Below the pieces are notes generated by a model that was given only the letters and a program-made list of their open reading frames with translations, was not told the DNA's origin and searched no databases. This document shows, piece after piece, positions 8,972-17,016 of a DNA stretch of 64,000 nt. The stretch is from a virus: IMG/VR virus record IMGVR_UViG_3300025108_000028, positions 14,865 to 78,864 of that record. One strand, 5' to 3'. Every line of letters begins with the position of its first letter. Position 1 is the stretch's first letter. The position numbers and the translations under genes were made by a program.

Positions 8972-9048
8972 TGGTGATCCCACTAGGATTTGAACCTAGA
9001 ACCTACAGCTTAGAAGGCTGTTGCTCTATCCAGTTGAGCTATAGGACC
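8972..9048 (-). tRNA. tRNA-Arg(TCT)
   Basis: Anticodon arm ACAGC-CTTCTAA-GCTGT, T-arm GGTTCAAATCC, encoded CCA. Confidence 0.92.
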
Positions 9049-9054
9049 ATAAAG

Positions 9055-9324
9055 TTATGTTCTAGAGCCTGAAAATCCTAATTCATAAGATTCTTCTGGG
9101 TGTTCTTCTATCCACATGTGACAGTTTCTGCAAACTGGTAACCATGTAGATGTATCTAAGTGATAAATACCACGACCATGCATATGATGGACATCAGTAG
9201 CTTGCACAGAACACTTATGGATCTTTGCATGACATACTGGTTTGTCTGTTAAATACTGCCTACGCAATTTGCTGTAAGCAGTATTTAATTTAGACATTTT
9301 ACTTGAGACTTTTTTGATGCTCAT
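9055..9324 (-). CDS. HNH-like Zn-finger nuclease
   Basis: C....C...ATDVHH..GRG......W..VCRNCH. Confidence 0.7.
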   Translation of the reverse strand: MSIKKVSSKMSKLNTAYSKLRRQYLTDKPVCHAKIHKCSVQATDVHHMHGRGIYHLDTSTWLPVCRNCHMWIEEHPEESYELGFSGSRT

Positions 9325-9839
9325 TTTTTTAGCTGTAAATAGTTTTTAGGAAGTAAACCTAAAGACATGAATTTTAATATAACATCCTCATATGTAATAC
9401 CTAAGTCTTTGAAACTCATGGTATTAGTATAATCATCTAAAATCTCATCAGCAGGTATACTTGCCATATACTGTGCTGTTGGTGAATGCTTGAATGTTTC
9501 ACTAAGATAAGCATTTATACGCTTATTACAAATAGTTTGTTTCCATGCATTGATCTCTCTTTGGCTTCTTTTCCAAACTTTAGTTATTCTACGTTTCTTG
9601 TCCCAATGTAGCTTCTTAACTTCTTCAGGTTTATAAACCTTGAGGCCATGAAGTACACGTTTAAACAAAAAATGTTGATACGGATTTAGTTTAGTATAAC
9701 TTAAAGAGTTTACTATTGATTCAGGATGTAACTGGTATTCTGTTAATATCCCATAGTATTGGTAGCGTTCCTCTCTCTTTGAGAGTAACTCACGTTGTTG
9801 TTGTTGTTTGAGTATATTTATTTGATCTTGAGATAGCAT
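9321..9839 (-). CDS. Hypothetical protein
   Basis: 172-aa ORF with AT-rich leader. Confidence 0.7.
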   Translation of the reverse strand: MLSQDQINILKQQQQRELLSKREERYQYYGILTEYQLHPESIVNSLSYTKLNPYQHFLFKRVLHGLKVYKPEEVKKLHWDKKRRITKVWKRSQREINAWKQTICNKRINAYLSETFKHSPTAQYMASIPADEILDDYTNTMSFKDLGITYEDVILKFMSLGLLPKNYLQLKK

Positions 9840-9944
9840 AATGATTTAGTTGTTATTGATTAAGTAAAGTGATTAAAGTATTAAGCCTGCATAGAAATTA
9901 ACTAAAATCTCTACACAGGCTCTCTACATATTTAGAAAACTATA

Positions 9945-10553
9945 TTATAGTTCAAAAGTCTCTTCTACGAGTTCTTCTGTTTCTTCACTTACTTCATCAG
10001 TAACTTCATCATTGCTTTCTTCTAAGTCATCAACATCATCTACTGTAGAGTTATCAAAGCCTTCTGATTTAATATCAAATGCTTCTTCTACACTAGCTGC
10101 TGGTACACCTATACTGTTAGACTTAGTATTACTAGTTCCATTAGCATCTTTGATGTCTTCACCATTTGTATGAGCTAATAATACGTCTTGTGCTGTAGTA
10201 TCAGCTACAAAAAACGTTTTCCTATAAATAGGTTGACCATCAACACAACATATGATACCTGTATCACCTGCGTATTTATAATCTCTATCTGGATCATTAC
10301 TATTGAATGGTTCCAATTGCTCTTTAATAATGATTTTACCTGCTAACTCACTGTTTGCTTTAAAATCTAATGATTGTAAGTCTTCTAACTTACCATGTAA
10401 TAGAGTTGATACTTTAGATCTTTTGACCCAACCTCCATTACCAAAGGTTACTCTGTCTTGTTGTAATCTGATGTACCCATACTCTGAGTTGTTGTTTGAT
10501 TGACGGATAACATTGCCCATGTCATCAGCTAAGATAATTACTTGCTTTTGCAT
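9945..10553 (-). CDS. Hypothetical protein with long acidic tail (possible SSB)
   Basis: Beta-rich N-terminal half, D/E-rich C-terminus ending TFEL; downstream hairpin about 9884-9921. Confidence 0.6.
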   Translation of the reverse strand: MQKQVIILADDMGNVIRQSNNNSEYGYIRLQQDRVTFGNGGWVKRSKVSTLLHGKLEDLQSLDFKANSELAGKIIIKEQLEPFNSNDPDRDYKYAGDTGIICCVDGQPIYRKTFFVADTTAQDVLLAHTNGEDIKDANGTSNTKSNSIGVPAASVEEAFDIKSEGFDNSTVDDVDDLEESNDEVTDEVSEETEELVEETFEL

Positions 10554-10594
10554 TTTTTTGAAATTTAATAAATTAATAATTGTTTTGTTGATGA

Positions 10595-10864
10595 CTACAC
10601 GTCATCTGAATGAAAATATGGATCATCTAGCTTTTCATAAGCTTCCAGTTCATCTAATGCTTTCTCATACTCTTCTATGAACTCTGGTTCATCTTGTACG
10701 GAAGGCACTTGTTTACCTGAAAACCTATTATAAAACGGATTGACCACTTCTTTGGTGTATGCTGAACTTAAACCATTAAGGTCCTGTACTTCTTCATCAG
10801 TTAATGAGAGGTATTGCTCTACTGAGCATTCAATTATACGTCCATTGGGCAGTTGTACTATCAT
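10595..10864 (-). CDS. Hypothetical acidic protein
   Basis: Likely start ATG 10864 (MIVQLPNG) because TATCTTTG lies at 10874-10881. Confidence 0.65.
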   Translation of the reverse strand: MIVQLPNGRIIECSVEQYLSLTDEEVQDLNGLSSAYTKEVVNPFYNRFSGKQVPSVQDEPEFIEEYEKALDELEAYEKLDDPYFHSDDV

Positions 10865-10963
10865 ATCTGTAAACAAAGATAAAAATATAACTAACCCTGG
10901 CTCACTAATTTTAAGGAATTAATGTCTAAGATCAAAAATAAATTGCATATATATAGCTATCAC

Positions 10964-11215
10964 TTATATGATAACCAACTTGCCCTTTACTCTTTTTATG
11001 TAATTGTGCTCTCTCAGCTCTTTTAATAGTTTAAATATGTACCTTTGGGATACATCTGCTGAGTCAGCTAATGTTGAAGCAGACGGATATGCTTCACGGT
11101 TTTTATCTGCATAGCACGCTATGAGACTATATAACCCTTTTGCTTGTATAGACAAACTTGGATCTGACAATACTTTGTATTTGACTATCCCAAACCTATC
11201 TGATTTCTTGGACAT
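10964..11215 (-). CDS. Winged helix-turn-helix protein (HTH_36-like)
   Basis: LS..AKGLY..I..YA.....AYPS..TLA....VS...I...LKEL....YI pattern. Confidence 0.75.
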   Translation of the reverse strand: MSKKSDRFGIVKYKVLSDPSLSIQAKGLYSLIACYADKNREAYPSASTLADSADVSQRYIFKLLKELREHNYIKRVKGKLVII

Positions 11216-11408
11216 GGTCTTTTAAAAGCATTAGCATGGCCATAGATTCACTTTCTTCTTTAGCAAGTTCATCACTGTTCATACCATACTTGTCATTCAT
11301 ATATCTCCCAAAGGATATATTCTTGCCATTAGCGTCTTTTAAAGCATTGTCTAATAGTTTCCAAGATGCTTGTTCACTATGTAATAAAGCCATTGATATT
11401 TTTGCCAT
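11196..11408 (-). CDS. Hypothetical protein
   Basis: 70-aa ORF in operon. Confidence 0.6.
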   Translation of the reverse strand: MAKISMALLHSEQASWKLLDNALKDANGKNISFGRYMNDKYGMNSDELAKEESESMAMLMLLKDHVQEIR

Positions 11409-11410
11409 AA

Positions 11411-11968
11411 CTATTCTTTTATAGTATTATCTTCTGTTTGCTCTACATTCATAAATAAATCAGCTTGATGTATAGGCTCAGAATCTGTAGCCAATATATC
11501 AAAATATTTAATATCATCAACAGATACAGCTATTAATTCTAATGGTGAACAAGAGTGCTCATACATTTCCAATTGCTTTTCTTTATTATGATACATAAAT
11601 TCTATCTTAATGCTACTATAGAAAGGATTAAATGGTTCTGATCCCCATGAAGTATCACCTATAACTTTTGCATATACCATACCATGGCCTGCATAAAGAC
11701 CCATATCTTGCAATATGTCTTCTTCATACTTGTCTGATCTATGATAAGATGGTGGTATTAGTTTTACATAACCATTTAGTGTCACTGGTTTATATACTTC
11801 TTCTATAAGACTTAAGTGTACTATAGATTCTTTTGCAGTGTCATTAAGATTATCCATAAGGATCTTAAACATGTGTTCATAGTTCTGCGGTTCTTTTGAT
11901 TTGATAGAGATAGCATTACTTAGAATGTTCTCCATCACTTTTTCTGAAATTTTAAATTGATTTGCCAT
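11411..11968 (-). CDS. Hypothetical protein
   Basis: 185-aa ORF with A-rich leader. Confidence 0.7.
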   Translation of the reverse strand: MANQFKISEKVMENILSNAISIKSKEPQNYEHMFKILMDNLNDTAKESIVHLSLIEEVYKPVTLNGYVKLIPPSYHRSDKYEEDILQDMGLYAGHGMVYAKVIGDTSWGSEPFNPFYSSIKIEFMYHNKEKQLEMYEHSCSPLELIAVSVDDIKYFDILATDSEPIHQADLFMNVEQTEDNTIKE

Positions 11969-12001
11969 TGTTTATTATTATTTTAAGGTTTGACGAATGA
12001 G

Positions 12002-12016
12002 AGGTAGGGAGCAGTG
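12002..12016 (-). promoter_or_regulatory. G-rich repeated motif, copy 2
   Basis: AGGTAGGGAGCAGTG, 33 nt upstream of ATG 11968. Confidence 0.55.
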
Positions 12017-12164
12017 AGTATGATATGCAACAGCTACATGATATAAATCACGTATATGCTGTTGCTATCAAGGGTCATCACTTACATAACCAATCTCAAG
12101 GCCTAACTATAGTAGTATATATTATATATAAATATCTACTGGTACTGTTTGTATGAACCGTGGT

Positions 12165-12494
12165 TCACTTTTTTTCTATACTAAACTCAAATGATACGAA
12201 AGGTATGAGTAATAACCATGATACTCTATGTTTTATATCTGGATCTACACCAAAGGCAAATCCAAATATAGGTATAAACTCTACCTTGACGTTAGGGAAC
12301 ATCTTTATCTTTGACATAAAGACGAGGTACATAACTGAGTTTGCTACAACAACTACACCTAGTAAGGTAATAGTTGTTAGCATAAATGTGTCTACATCAT
12401 AATTTGTTACAAAATTATATGTACCTATTACGAATGCTAGTGGTAATACCACAACGTATAGGATTTTTACTAATGATCTGATGAATGATTTCAT
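12165..12494 (-). CDS. Membrane protein
   Basis: Two or more hydrophobic helices; likely start ATG 12494 (MKSFIRS). Confidence 0.65.
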   Translation of the reverse strand: MKSFIRSLVKILYVVVLPLAFVIGTYNFVTNYDVDTFMLTTITLLGVVVVANSVMYLVFMSKIKMFPNVKVEFIPIFGFAFGVDPDIKHRVSWLLLIPFVSFEFSIEKK

Positions 12495-12517
12495 AATTTG
12501 ATTTATTAAGTGATTAA

Positions 12518-12688
12518 TTAACGACCCCATTTGGATCTTTTGTGTTTCTTATTTGGTTTCCAGTAGTTTTTTTTGGCCCATGCTTTCTTTGATTTAGATG
12601 TCTTACATCCACGAGATGATCCACAAGACTGAAGTACTGGTCCTCCTATAAATAGGAGTAACATTAAATAAAGGATTTTCTTTTTCAT
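12518..12688 (-). CDS. Small basic lipoprotein (56 aa, not in ORF track)
   Basis: MKKKILYLMLLLFIGGPVLQSC lipobox followed by K/W-rich tail; ATGA overlap. Confidence 0.65.
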   Translation of the reverse strand: MKKKILYLMLLLFIGGPVLQSCGSSRGCKTSKSKKAWAKKNYWKPNKKHKRSKWGR

Positions 12689-13044
12689 AATTTTGCTATT
12701 GAAGATTGAACTGTTATTACTACGTATTGTTGACCATTATTGATAAGTCTATTATCAAAGAGATAATATAAATCATCTCCTACATACTCTGGTTGTCCAT
12801 TTGCTCCTGGTACATACCATGGTTTAACTATATATACATAGTCATAGTCTGAAGATGTAGGTAACAATGGATAACATTGATTGGTAGGCCAAGCTACATT
12901 GTAGTCAACTAATTCTACTTCAGTATCATACTGATAAATTATGTTAGTACATTGTATTTGTTCTGGTTCAGTAATTTCTAATTCCTCTTTCTGACAAGAG
13001 GTGAATGCTAAGGTTAGGCATAAGCCTATGAATAAATGTTTCAT
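12685..13044 (-). CDS. Lipoprotein, probably surface exposed
   Basis: Signal peptide with FTSC lipobox followed by QKEE. Confidence 0.75.
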   Translation of the reverse strand: MKHLFIGLCLTLAFTSCQKEELEITEPEQIQCTNIIYQYDTEVELVDYNVAWPTNQCYPLLPTSSDYDYVYIVKPWYVPGANGQPEYVGDDLYYLFDNRLINNGQQYVVITVQSSIAKL

Positions 13045-13068
13045 GATGGTTTTTATTTAAGTGATTAA

Positions 13069-13269
13069 TTATATACGATGATAGTAATCATCTGCTACGA
13101 TGACTGCTGGTATCCAACCAATGAGTAACATAGTAAATATGGTTGCTCCATGGCTAAATGATTGTTTAAATGTAATAATATCTGTTAGATACCATACGAT
13201 AGTATTGACGATTAATAAAGTGATTACGAATGTGGTTATGCATACAAGCATAGTTTTAGTCTTTAACAT
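13069..13269 (-). CDS. Two-TM membrane protein
   Basis: Two hydrophobic stretches in 66 aa. Confidence 0.65.
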   Translation of the reverse strand: MLKTKTMLVCITTFVITLLIVNTIVWYLTDIITFKQSFSHGATIFTMLLIGWIPAVIVADDYYHRI

Positions 13270-13631
13270 AATGATTTAGTATTAGTGATTAGTAAATAAC
13301 TTAGAGTGCTTATCCATCTTATGTTGACTAGCTATACATGTATCTCATGCTTTAGTTGTCCAATGGCTGACACTATCTCAGAATAGTCAGTGGTATTGCT
13401 TGACTCATATCTCTAAGCTTTTGATTACAATATTCCGGGTACTATGTCTATTATCCTATAGAGGAAGAGACAAACATTACCCATGTAGTATTGTTGAGTG
13501 TAATTGTTACTCTTGTAGTAGTGTTAGCTATATTAATATATTAATGTGCTATGGAAGTTATGATAGTGGTAAAAGGTGGTATATTGTGGGTATGTGATGT
13601 CATACTGTTTGTATAACACACATTAATGCAC

Positions 13632-13671
13632 AAAAAATAAAAAGATTAACCAGCTTTTACACTGATTAATC
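13632..13671 (-). terminator. Intrinsic terminator
   Basis: GATTAACCAG/CTGATTAATC stem with A-tract, downstream of 13694 gene. Confidence 0.65.
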
Positions 13672-13693
13672 AATTTATCTACGGTTTACTAAA

Positions 13694-14029
13694 CTAAACT
13701 GCCTCTACCCATCTCAAATCTGTTTCTTCTCCAGTTGATAGGTTCATTACTGGATTATCAGACAATCTAAAGCCAGGCATCTTATCACCTCTGTTTAGTT
13801 TGCTCTGTAATTGTTTTATTGTAGGATGATCTGCCTTCATTACTTGACCTGTCTCTGGGTCCATTAGGCTTAACACACCAAAGCTAATGTTGGTCTGCTT
13901 TCTACTTGCCACTTTTAAACCGGCTATAGTAGTTTCAGATTGTACCATTGGCACATCTGATACAATAAGTGTTGCACTGTTAGTATTCTGATTGATACTA
14001 AATTTTCTAAAATAAACTGCTGTTTGCAT
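13694..14029 (-). CDS. Hypothetical early protein, paralog A
   Basis: About 65% identical by hand alignment to 14487-14816 product. Confidence 0.85.
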   Translation of the reverse strand: MQTAVYFRKFSINQNTNSATLIVSDVPMVQSETTIAGLKVASRKQTNISFGVLSLMDPETGQVMKADHPTIKQLQSKLNRGDKMPGFRLSDNPVMNLSTGEETDLRWVEAV

Positions 14030-14080
14030 AATAAATGTATTTAATGAATAATTATTTTGTGTATAAATGTATACGTATTA

Positions 14081-14113
14081 TAGGTGGGGAGAAGTGAAGA
14101 GGAAGGAAGCAGT
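14081..14113 (-). promoter_or_regulatory. G-rich repeated motif, copy 3 (long form)
   Basis: TAGGTGGGGAGAAGTGAAGAGGAAGGAAGCAGT, 51 nt upstream of ATG 14029. Confidence 0.55.
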
Positions 14114-14180
14114 GAATATATACAATAGGATTGTATGGTCTATAGCAATAGGATTTGAAATGTATACCCTAAAGCAGTAG

Positions 14181-14210
14181 AAAAAAAAAGGTGTGATTTT
14201 ACACACCCTT
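14181..14210 (-). terminator. Intrinsic terminator
   Basis: GGTGTG/CACACC stem with A9 tract. Confidence 0.7.
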
Positions 14211-14214
14211 AATC

Positions 14215-14412
14215 TTATTGACCCATATCCATATCATTAATCATATCTTCTTGGAAGTTACGACTGATACCTGTTTTCTTAGGATACATATCTTGTTTGA
14301 GAGATTCATACACTTGCATAAACTCTTCTACGTTCATATCTCCTGCTTCTTGACAGATAGCATCAAGTTTTAGTTTTATCTTGTGATGGATTTTAAATAA
14401 GTTGTTTTCCAT
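14215..14412 (-). CDS. Hypothetical protein
   Basis: 65-aa ORF between two terminators. Confidence 0.6.
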   Translation of the reverse strand: MENNLFKIHHKIKLKLDAICQEAGDMNVEEFMQVYESLKQDMYPKKTGISRNFQEDMINDMDMGQ

Positions 14413-14446
14413 GTTAATTTAGTACAATGCTCTCCAGCGTTAAGTT

Positions 14447-14477
14447 AAAAAAAGGGTGTGCTGTTACACACACCCCT
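14447..14477 (-). terminator. Intrinsic terminator
   Basis: GGGTGTG/CACACCC stem with A7 tract. Confidence 0.7.
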
Positions 14478-14486
14478 TGTTCCTGA

Positions 14487-14816
14487 TTAGGCTTGTTCAA
14501 CCCAGAACAGGTTCTGGTTCTCTTCACCAGTCTGTAGATTAACTACTTTTTGCTCACTTAACCTGAAGCCAGCCATCTCGTCACCAAGGTTGAGCTTTTG
14601 CCCAAGAGCTTTGATTGTTGGATGAGTACTCTTCATCACCTGATTAGTTTCAGGGTCTATTAGAGATAACACACCAAAGGAGATGTTCCCTTGTGTTCTT
14701 GTTGCAACAGACAGACCAGCAAGTGTAGTCTTGTTGTTTGACATTGGAGCTGAGCTCACGATGATTGTTGCTGAGCCAGTAGACTCATTGATGTTTAGTT
14801 TTCTAAAGTAAACCAT
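14487..14816 (-). CDS. Hypothetical early protein, paralog B
   Basis: First gene of minus-strand block; paralog of 13694-14029. Confidence 0.85.
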   Translation of the reverse strand: MVYFRKLNINESTGSATIIVSSAPMSNNKTTLAGLSVATRTQGNISFGVLSLIDPETNQVMKSTHPTIKALGQKLNLGDEMAGFRLSEQKVVNLQTGEENQNLFWVEQA

Positions 14817-15069
14817 AATTTAAAATATTTAAAAAATTAATTAAAATTGTGGAACATTACAGGGGTACCCCCAACCACAAACACTAGGTGGGGAGCAGTT
14901 TATTATGGCATCTCAAGCACGCTAAATATATAATTTTGCCAGGGCCGGGATGGGGGCATACAAACTTTTTTACTCAGGTGAGGGGTAGGTTATGACGGAA
15001 AAATTTTTATAGGATTTATAATTTTAGTATATTGTTTCTATAGACGCAGTTTAACTTAAATTACATAAC
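14817..15069. other. Strand-switch intergenic region with GC-rich palindrome and motif copy 4
   Basis: GGGGTACCCC at 14862-14871; TAGGTGGGGAGCAGT at 14885-14899; several G-runs; GTATATTG at 15027. Confidence 0.7.
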
Positions 15070-15396
15070 ATGGCAAATTGGGATGACAACAGTGGGGAGG
15101 ATAATAAAAATGGACTGACTGAAATAGAGCAAATGCAACTAGACGCAGTAATGCTTGATACGGCATATAACAACTCCTATTTAGTTCTAACTAATCAAAT
15201 AACATTTGAAGACTTGTTGACTGAAAGATTTACAAAAGGGGGCGAGGCTGTAATGGCTTTTGATCCAACTGAAGGCCCACTGCAAGAAGAATTAGAAAAT
15301 ATGATTAGTTATTATATTCAAGAAGAAGCTTATGAGAAGTGTGCTAAACTGCAGAAACTCGTAAATAAGATTTATCCACAAACCATAAATGAGTAA
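15070..15396 (+). CDS. Hypothetical protein with C-terminal UVR-like motif
   Basis: EEAYEKCAKLQKL. Confidence 0.6.
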   Translation: MANWDDNSGEDNKNGLTEIEQMQLDAVMLDTAYNNSYLVLTNQITFEDLLTERFTKGGEAVMAFDPTEGPLQEELENMISYYIQEEAYEKCAKLQKLVNKIYPQTINE

Positions 15397-15398
15397 CA

Positions 15399-15593
15399 AT
15401 GGCAACAAAAAAGAAAAAAAGTACCGTAAATAGTTCGGGTAATTACACAAAACCGGGAATGCGTAAAAGATTATTTAATTCTATTAAAGCTGGAGGTAAA
15501 GGGGGAGCACCTGGACAATGGTCTGCTCGTAAAGCTCAGATGCTTGCTAAACGTTACAAAGCAAACGGAGGCGGATATAAATCTAAGAAATAA
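15399..15593 (+). CDS. Small basic protein (DUF5872-like)
   Basis: YTKPGMRKRLF..IKAG.KGG.PGQWSARKAQMLAK.YK..GGGY. Confidence 0.7.
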   Translation: MATKKKKSTVNSSGNYTKPGMRKRLFNSIKAGGKGGAPGQWSARKAQMLAKRYKANGGGYKSKK

Positions 15594-15715
15594 TGGCTTT
15601 ACCAAATAAAAGGACTAAAAAGAAATCATCTTGCTGGACCGGATACGTAAAAAAAGGCGTAAAGAAAAAAGGAAGTAAAACCGTAAATAATTGTGTACGT
15701 AAAAAGACAAGGTAA
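15593..15715 (+). CDS. Small basic protein (40 aa, not in ORF track)
   Basis: MALPNKRTKKKSSCWTGYVKKGVKKKGSKTVNNCVRKKTR; TAATG overlaps at both ends. Confidence 0.75.
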   Translation: MALPNKRTKKKSSCWTGYVKKGVKKKGSKTVNNCVRKKTR

Positions 15716-15957
15716 TGGCAAAAACTAAACAACAGAAAAGCCTAAGTAGATGGACTAAGCAAAAATGGACAACAGCTTCAGGTAAGAAGAGTTCAGAGAC
15801 AGGTGAAGTATATGCACCTAAAAAAACTATTGCTAAGTTAAAAAGCACTAAAAAGGGTAAAGCAAAGTTAGCCGCAGCAAATAAAAAGAAACGTGCAGCT
15901 ACAAAAAAAGGTAAACAACATGCAAGTCATGGTTTACATAAAGGAAAGAAAAGATAA
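15715..15957 (+). CDS. Small basic protein
   Basis: QKSL.RWTKQKW.T.SGK; Lys-rich; TAATG coupling. Confidence 0.75.
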   Translation: MAKTKQQKSLSRWTKQKWTTASGKKSSETGEVYAPKKTIAKLKSTKKGKAKLAAANKKKRAATKKGKQHASHGLHKGKKR

Positions 15958-16211
15958 TGGCAACACCAAGAAAAGGAAAAGCAAAAGTCAAAGTAACTAA
16001 ATCTGGAAAGAAAGTAAGTTACGGACAAGCAGGAAAAGCTAAAGGTGGTGGACCAAGAGTAAAACCTGGTACATCAAAAGGAGATAGTTACTGTGCTAGA
16101 AGTTTAGGTATTAAAAAAAGAGTATCTAAGAAAAAAAGGAATGATCCTAATACACCAAACAACCTATCTCGTAAAAGGTGGAAATGTTCTGGTGCTAAGT
16201 CTAGAAAGTAA
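15957..16211 (+). CDS. Small basic protein
   Basis: KKVSYGQAG, PGT.KGDSYCARS, RWKC. Confidence 0.75.
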   Translation: MATPRKGKAKVKVTKSGKKVSYGQAGKAKGGGPRVKPGTSKGDSYCARSLGIKKRVSKKKRNDPNTPNNLSRKRWKCSGAKSRK

Positions 16212-16376
16212 ATGATTGAAGTCATAAAACATACATTAGGTATATGTGGAGAGCATTGGCACCCAAATATATTTACAGCAGTTGCGTCAGCACCAGTAGT
16301 TACTACTGCAGTATATTATATCAAATGCAAGTGTGGAGGCTGGTTTAGCCATAAGAAGGAATGCAAAAATAAATAG
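16212..16376 (+). CDS. Small Cys/His protein (54 aa, not in ORF track)
   Basis: MIEVIKHTLGICGEHWHPNIF...CKCGGWFSH..C. Confidence 0.55.
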   Translation: MIEVIKHTLGICGEHWHPNIFTAVASAPVVTTAVYYIKCKCGGWFSHKKECKNK

Positions 16377-16378
16377 TC

Positions 16379-16630
16379 ATGACAGAAGGAGATTTAATAG
16401 AATTAGGATTTACTAAACAAATACAGGACACATGTTGTGATCCTCAACCTTATACATTTTACAAAACAGTTGGTAATAGCTCACCATTTATTACACCAGA
16501 CAGTACTACTATTGATGATAATAATTGGCCAGTAGAAAATTATGCTATGAACTTTAAAACGTACATCAAATCGGATCTAGTTGATATGATAAACCTTATA
16601 GAAAAAAATCCGTTATTTCCACCGGAATAA
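16379..16630 (+). CDS. Hypothetical protein
   Basis: 83-aa ORF. Confidence 0.6.
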   Translation: MTEGDLIELGFTKQIQDTCCDPQPYTFYKTVGNSSPFITPDSTTIDDNNWPVENYAMNFKTYIKSDLVDMINLIEKNPLFPPE

Positions 16631-16709
16631 AATAAAACGTCTTTAAACTTTTGAAATTTAAACTATTTGTATATATTTGTACTAATGTTTAATTTTAAAA
16701 CCAAAAGAA

Positions 16710-17015
16710 ATGTCAGACGTTAAAAAACTAAATCCAGAACTTCAGGATAAAGATCCTCAGCTAACAAAAGAAGAGTTGGCTAGCCGTAGAGAAGAAATTA
16801 CAGCATTTTACAAAGACAACATTCCACATCTTACTGTTCAAGCAGAATATGAGGAGTTATTAGCTACCATTGATAAAGCTAGAGCAGAAAGACTGCAAGC
16901 TCAAATCTTTATGGCACAAGCTGCAGCCCAACAGCAACAAGGTGCAGAAGGTCCATCAGAAGATGAAAAAGAGTTTAAAGCAGCAATGGAGAAGGCAGCA
17001 ACTAATGTAGAATAA
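16710..17015 (+). CDS. Hypothetical coiled-coil protein
   Basis: 101 aa; TATATTTG promoter at 16672-16679. Confidence 0.7.
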   Translation: MSDVKKLNPELQDKDPQLTKEELASRREEITAFYKDNIPHLTVQAEYEELLATIDKARAERLQAQIFMAQAAAQQQQGAEGPSEDEKEFKAAMEKAATNVE

Positions 17016-17016
17016 C

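Noticed and set aside
13400-13597. 65-aa plus-strand ORF in the intergenic gap
   Set aside because: TTG start, atypical composition, opposite to the local gene direction
15372-15380. Perfect DnaA box TTATCCACA (also reverse copies near 785 and 5473)
   Set aside because: Isolated copies inside coding sequence (Tyr-Pro-Gln codons), not clustered like an origin
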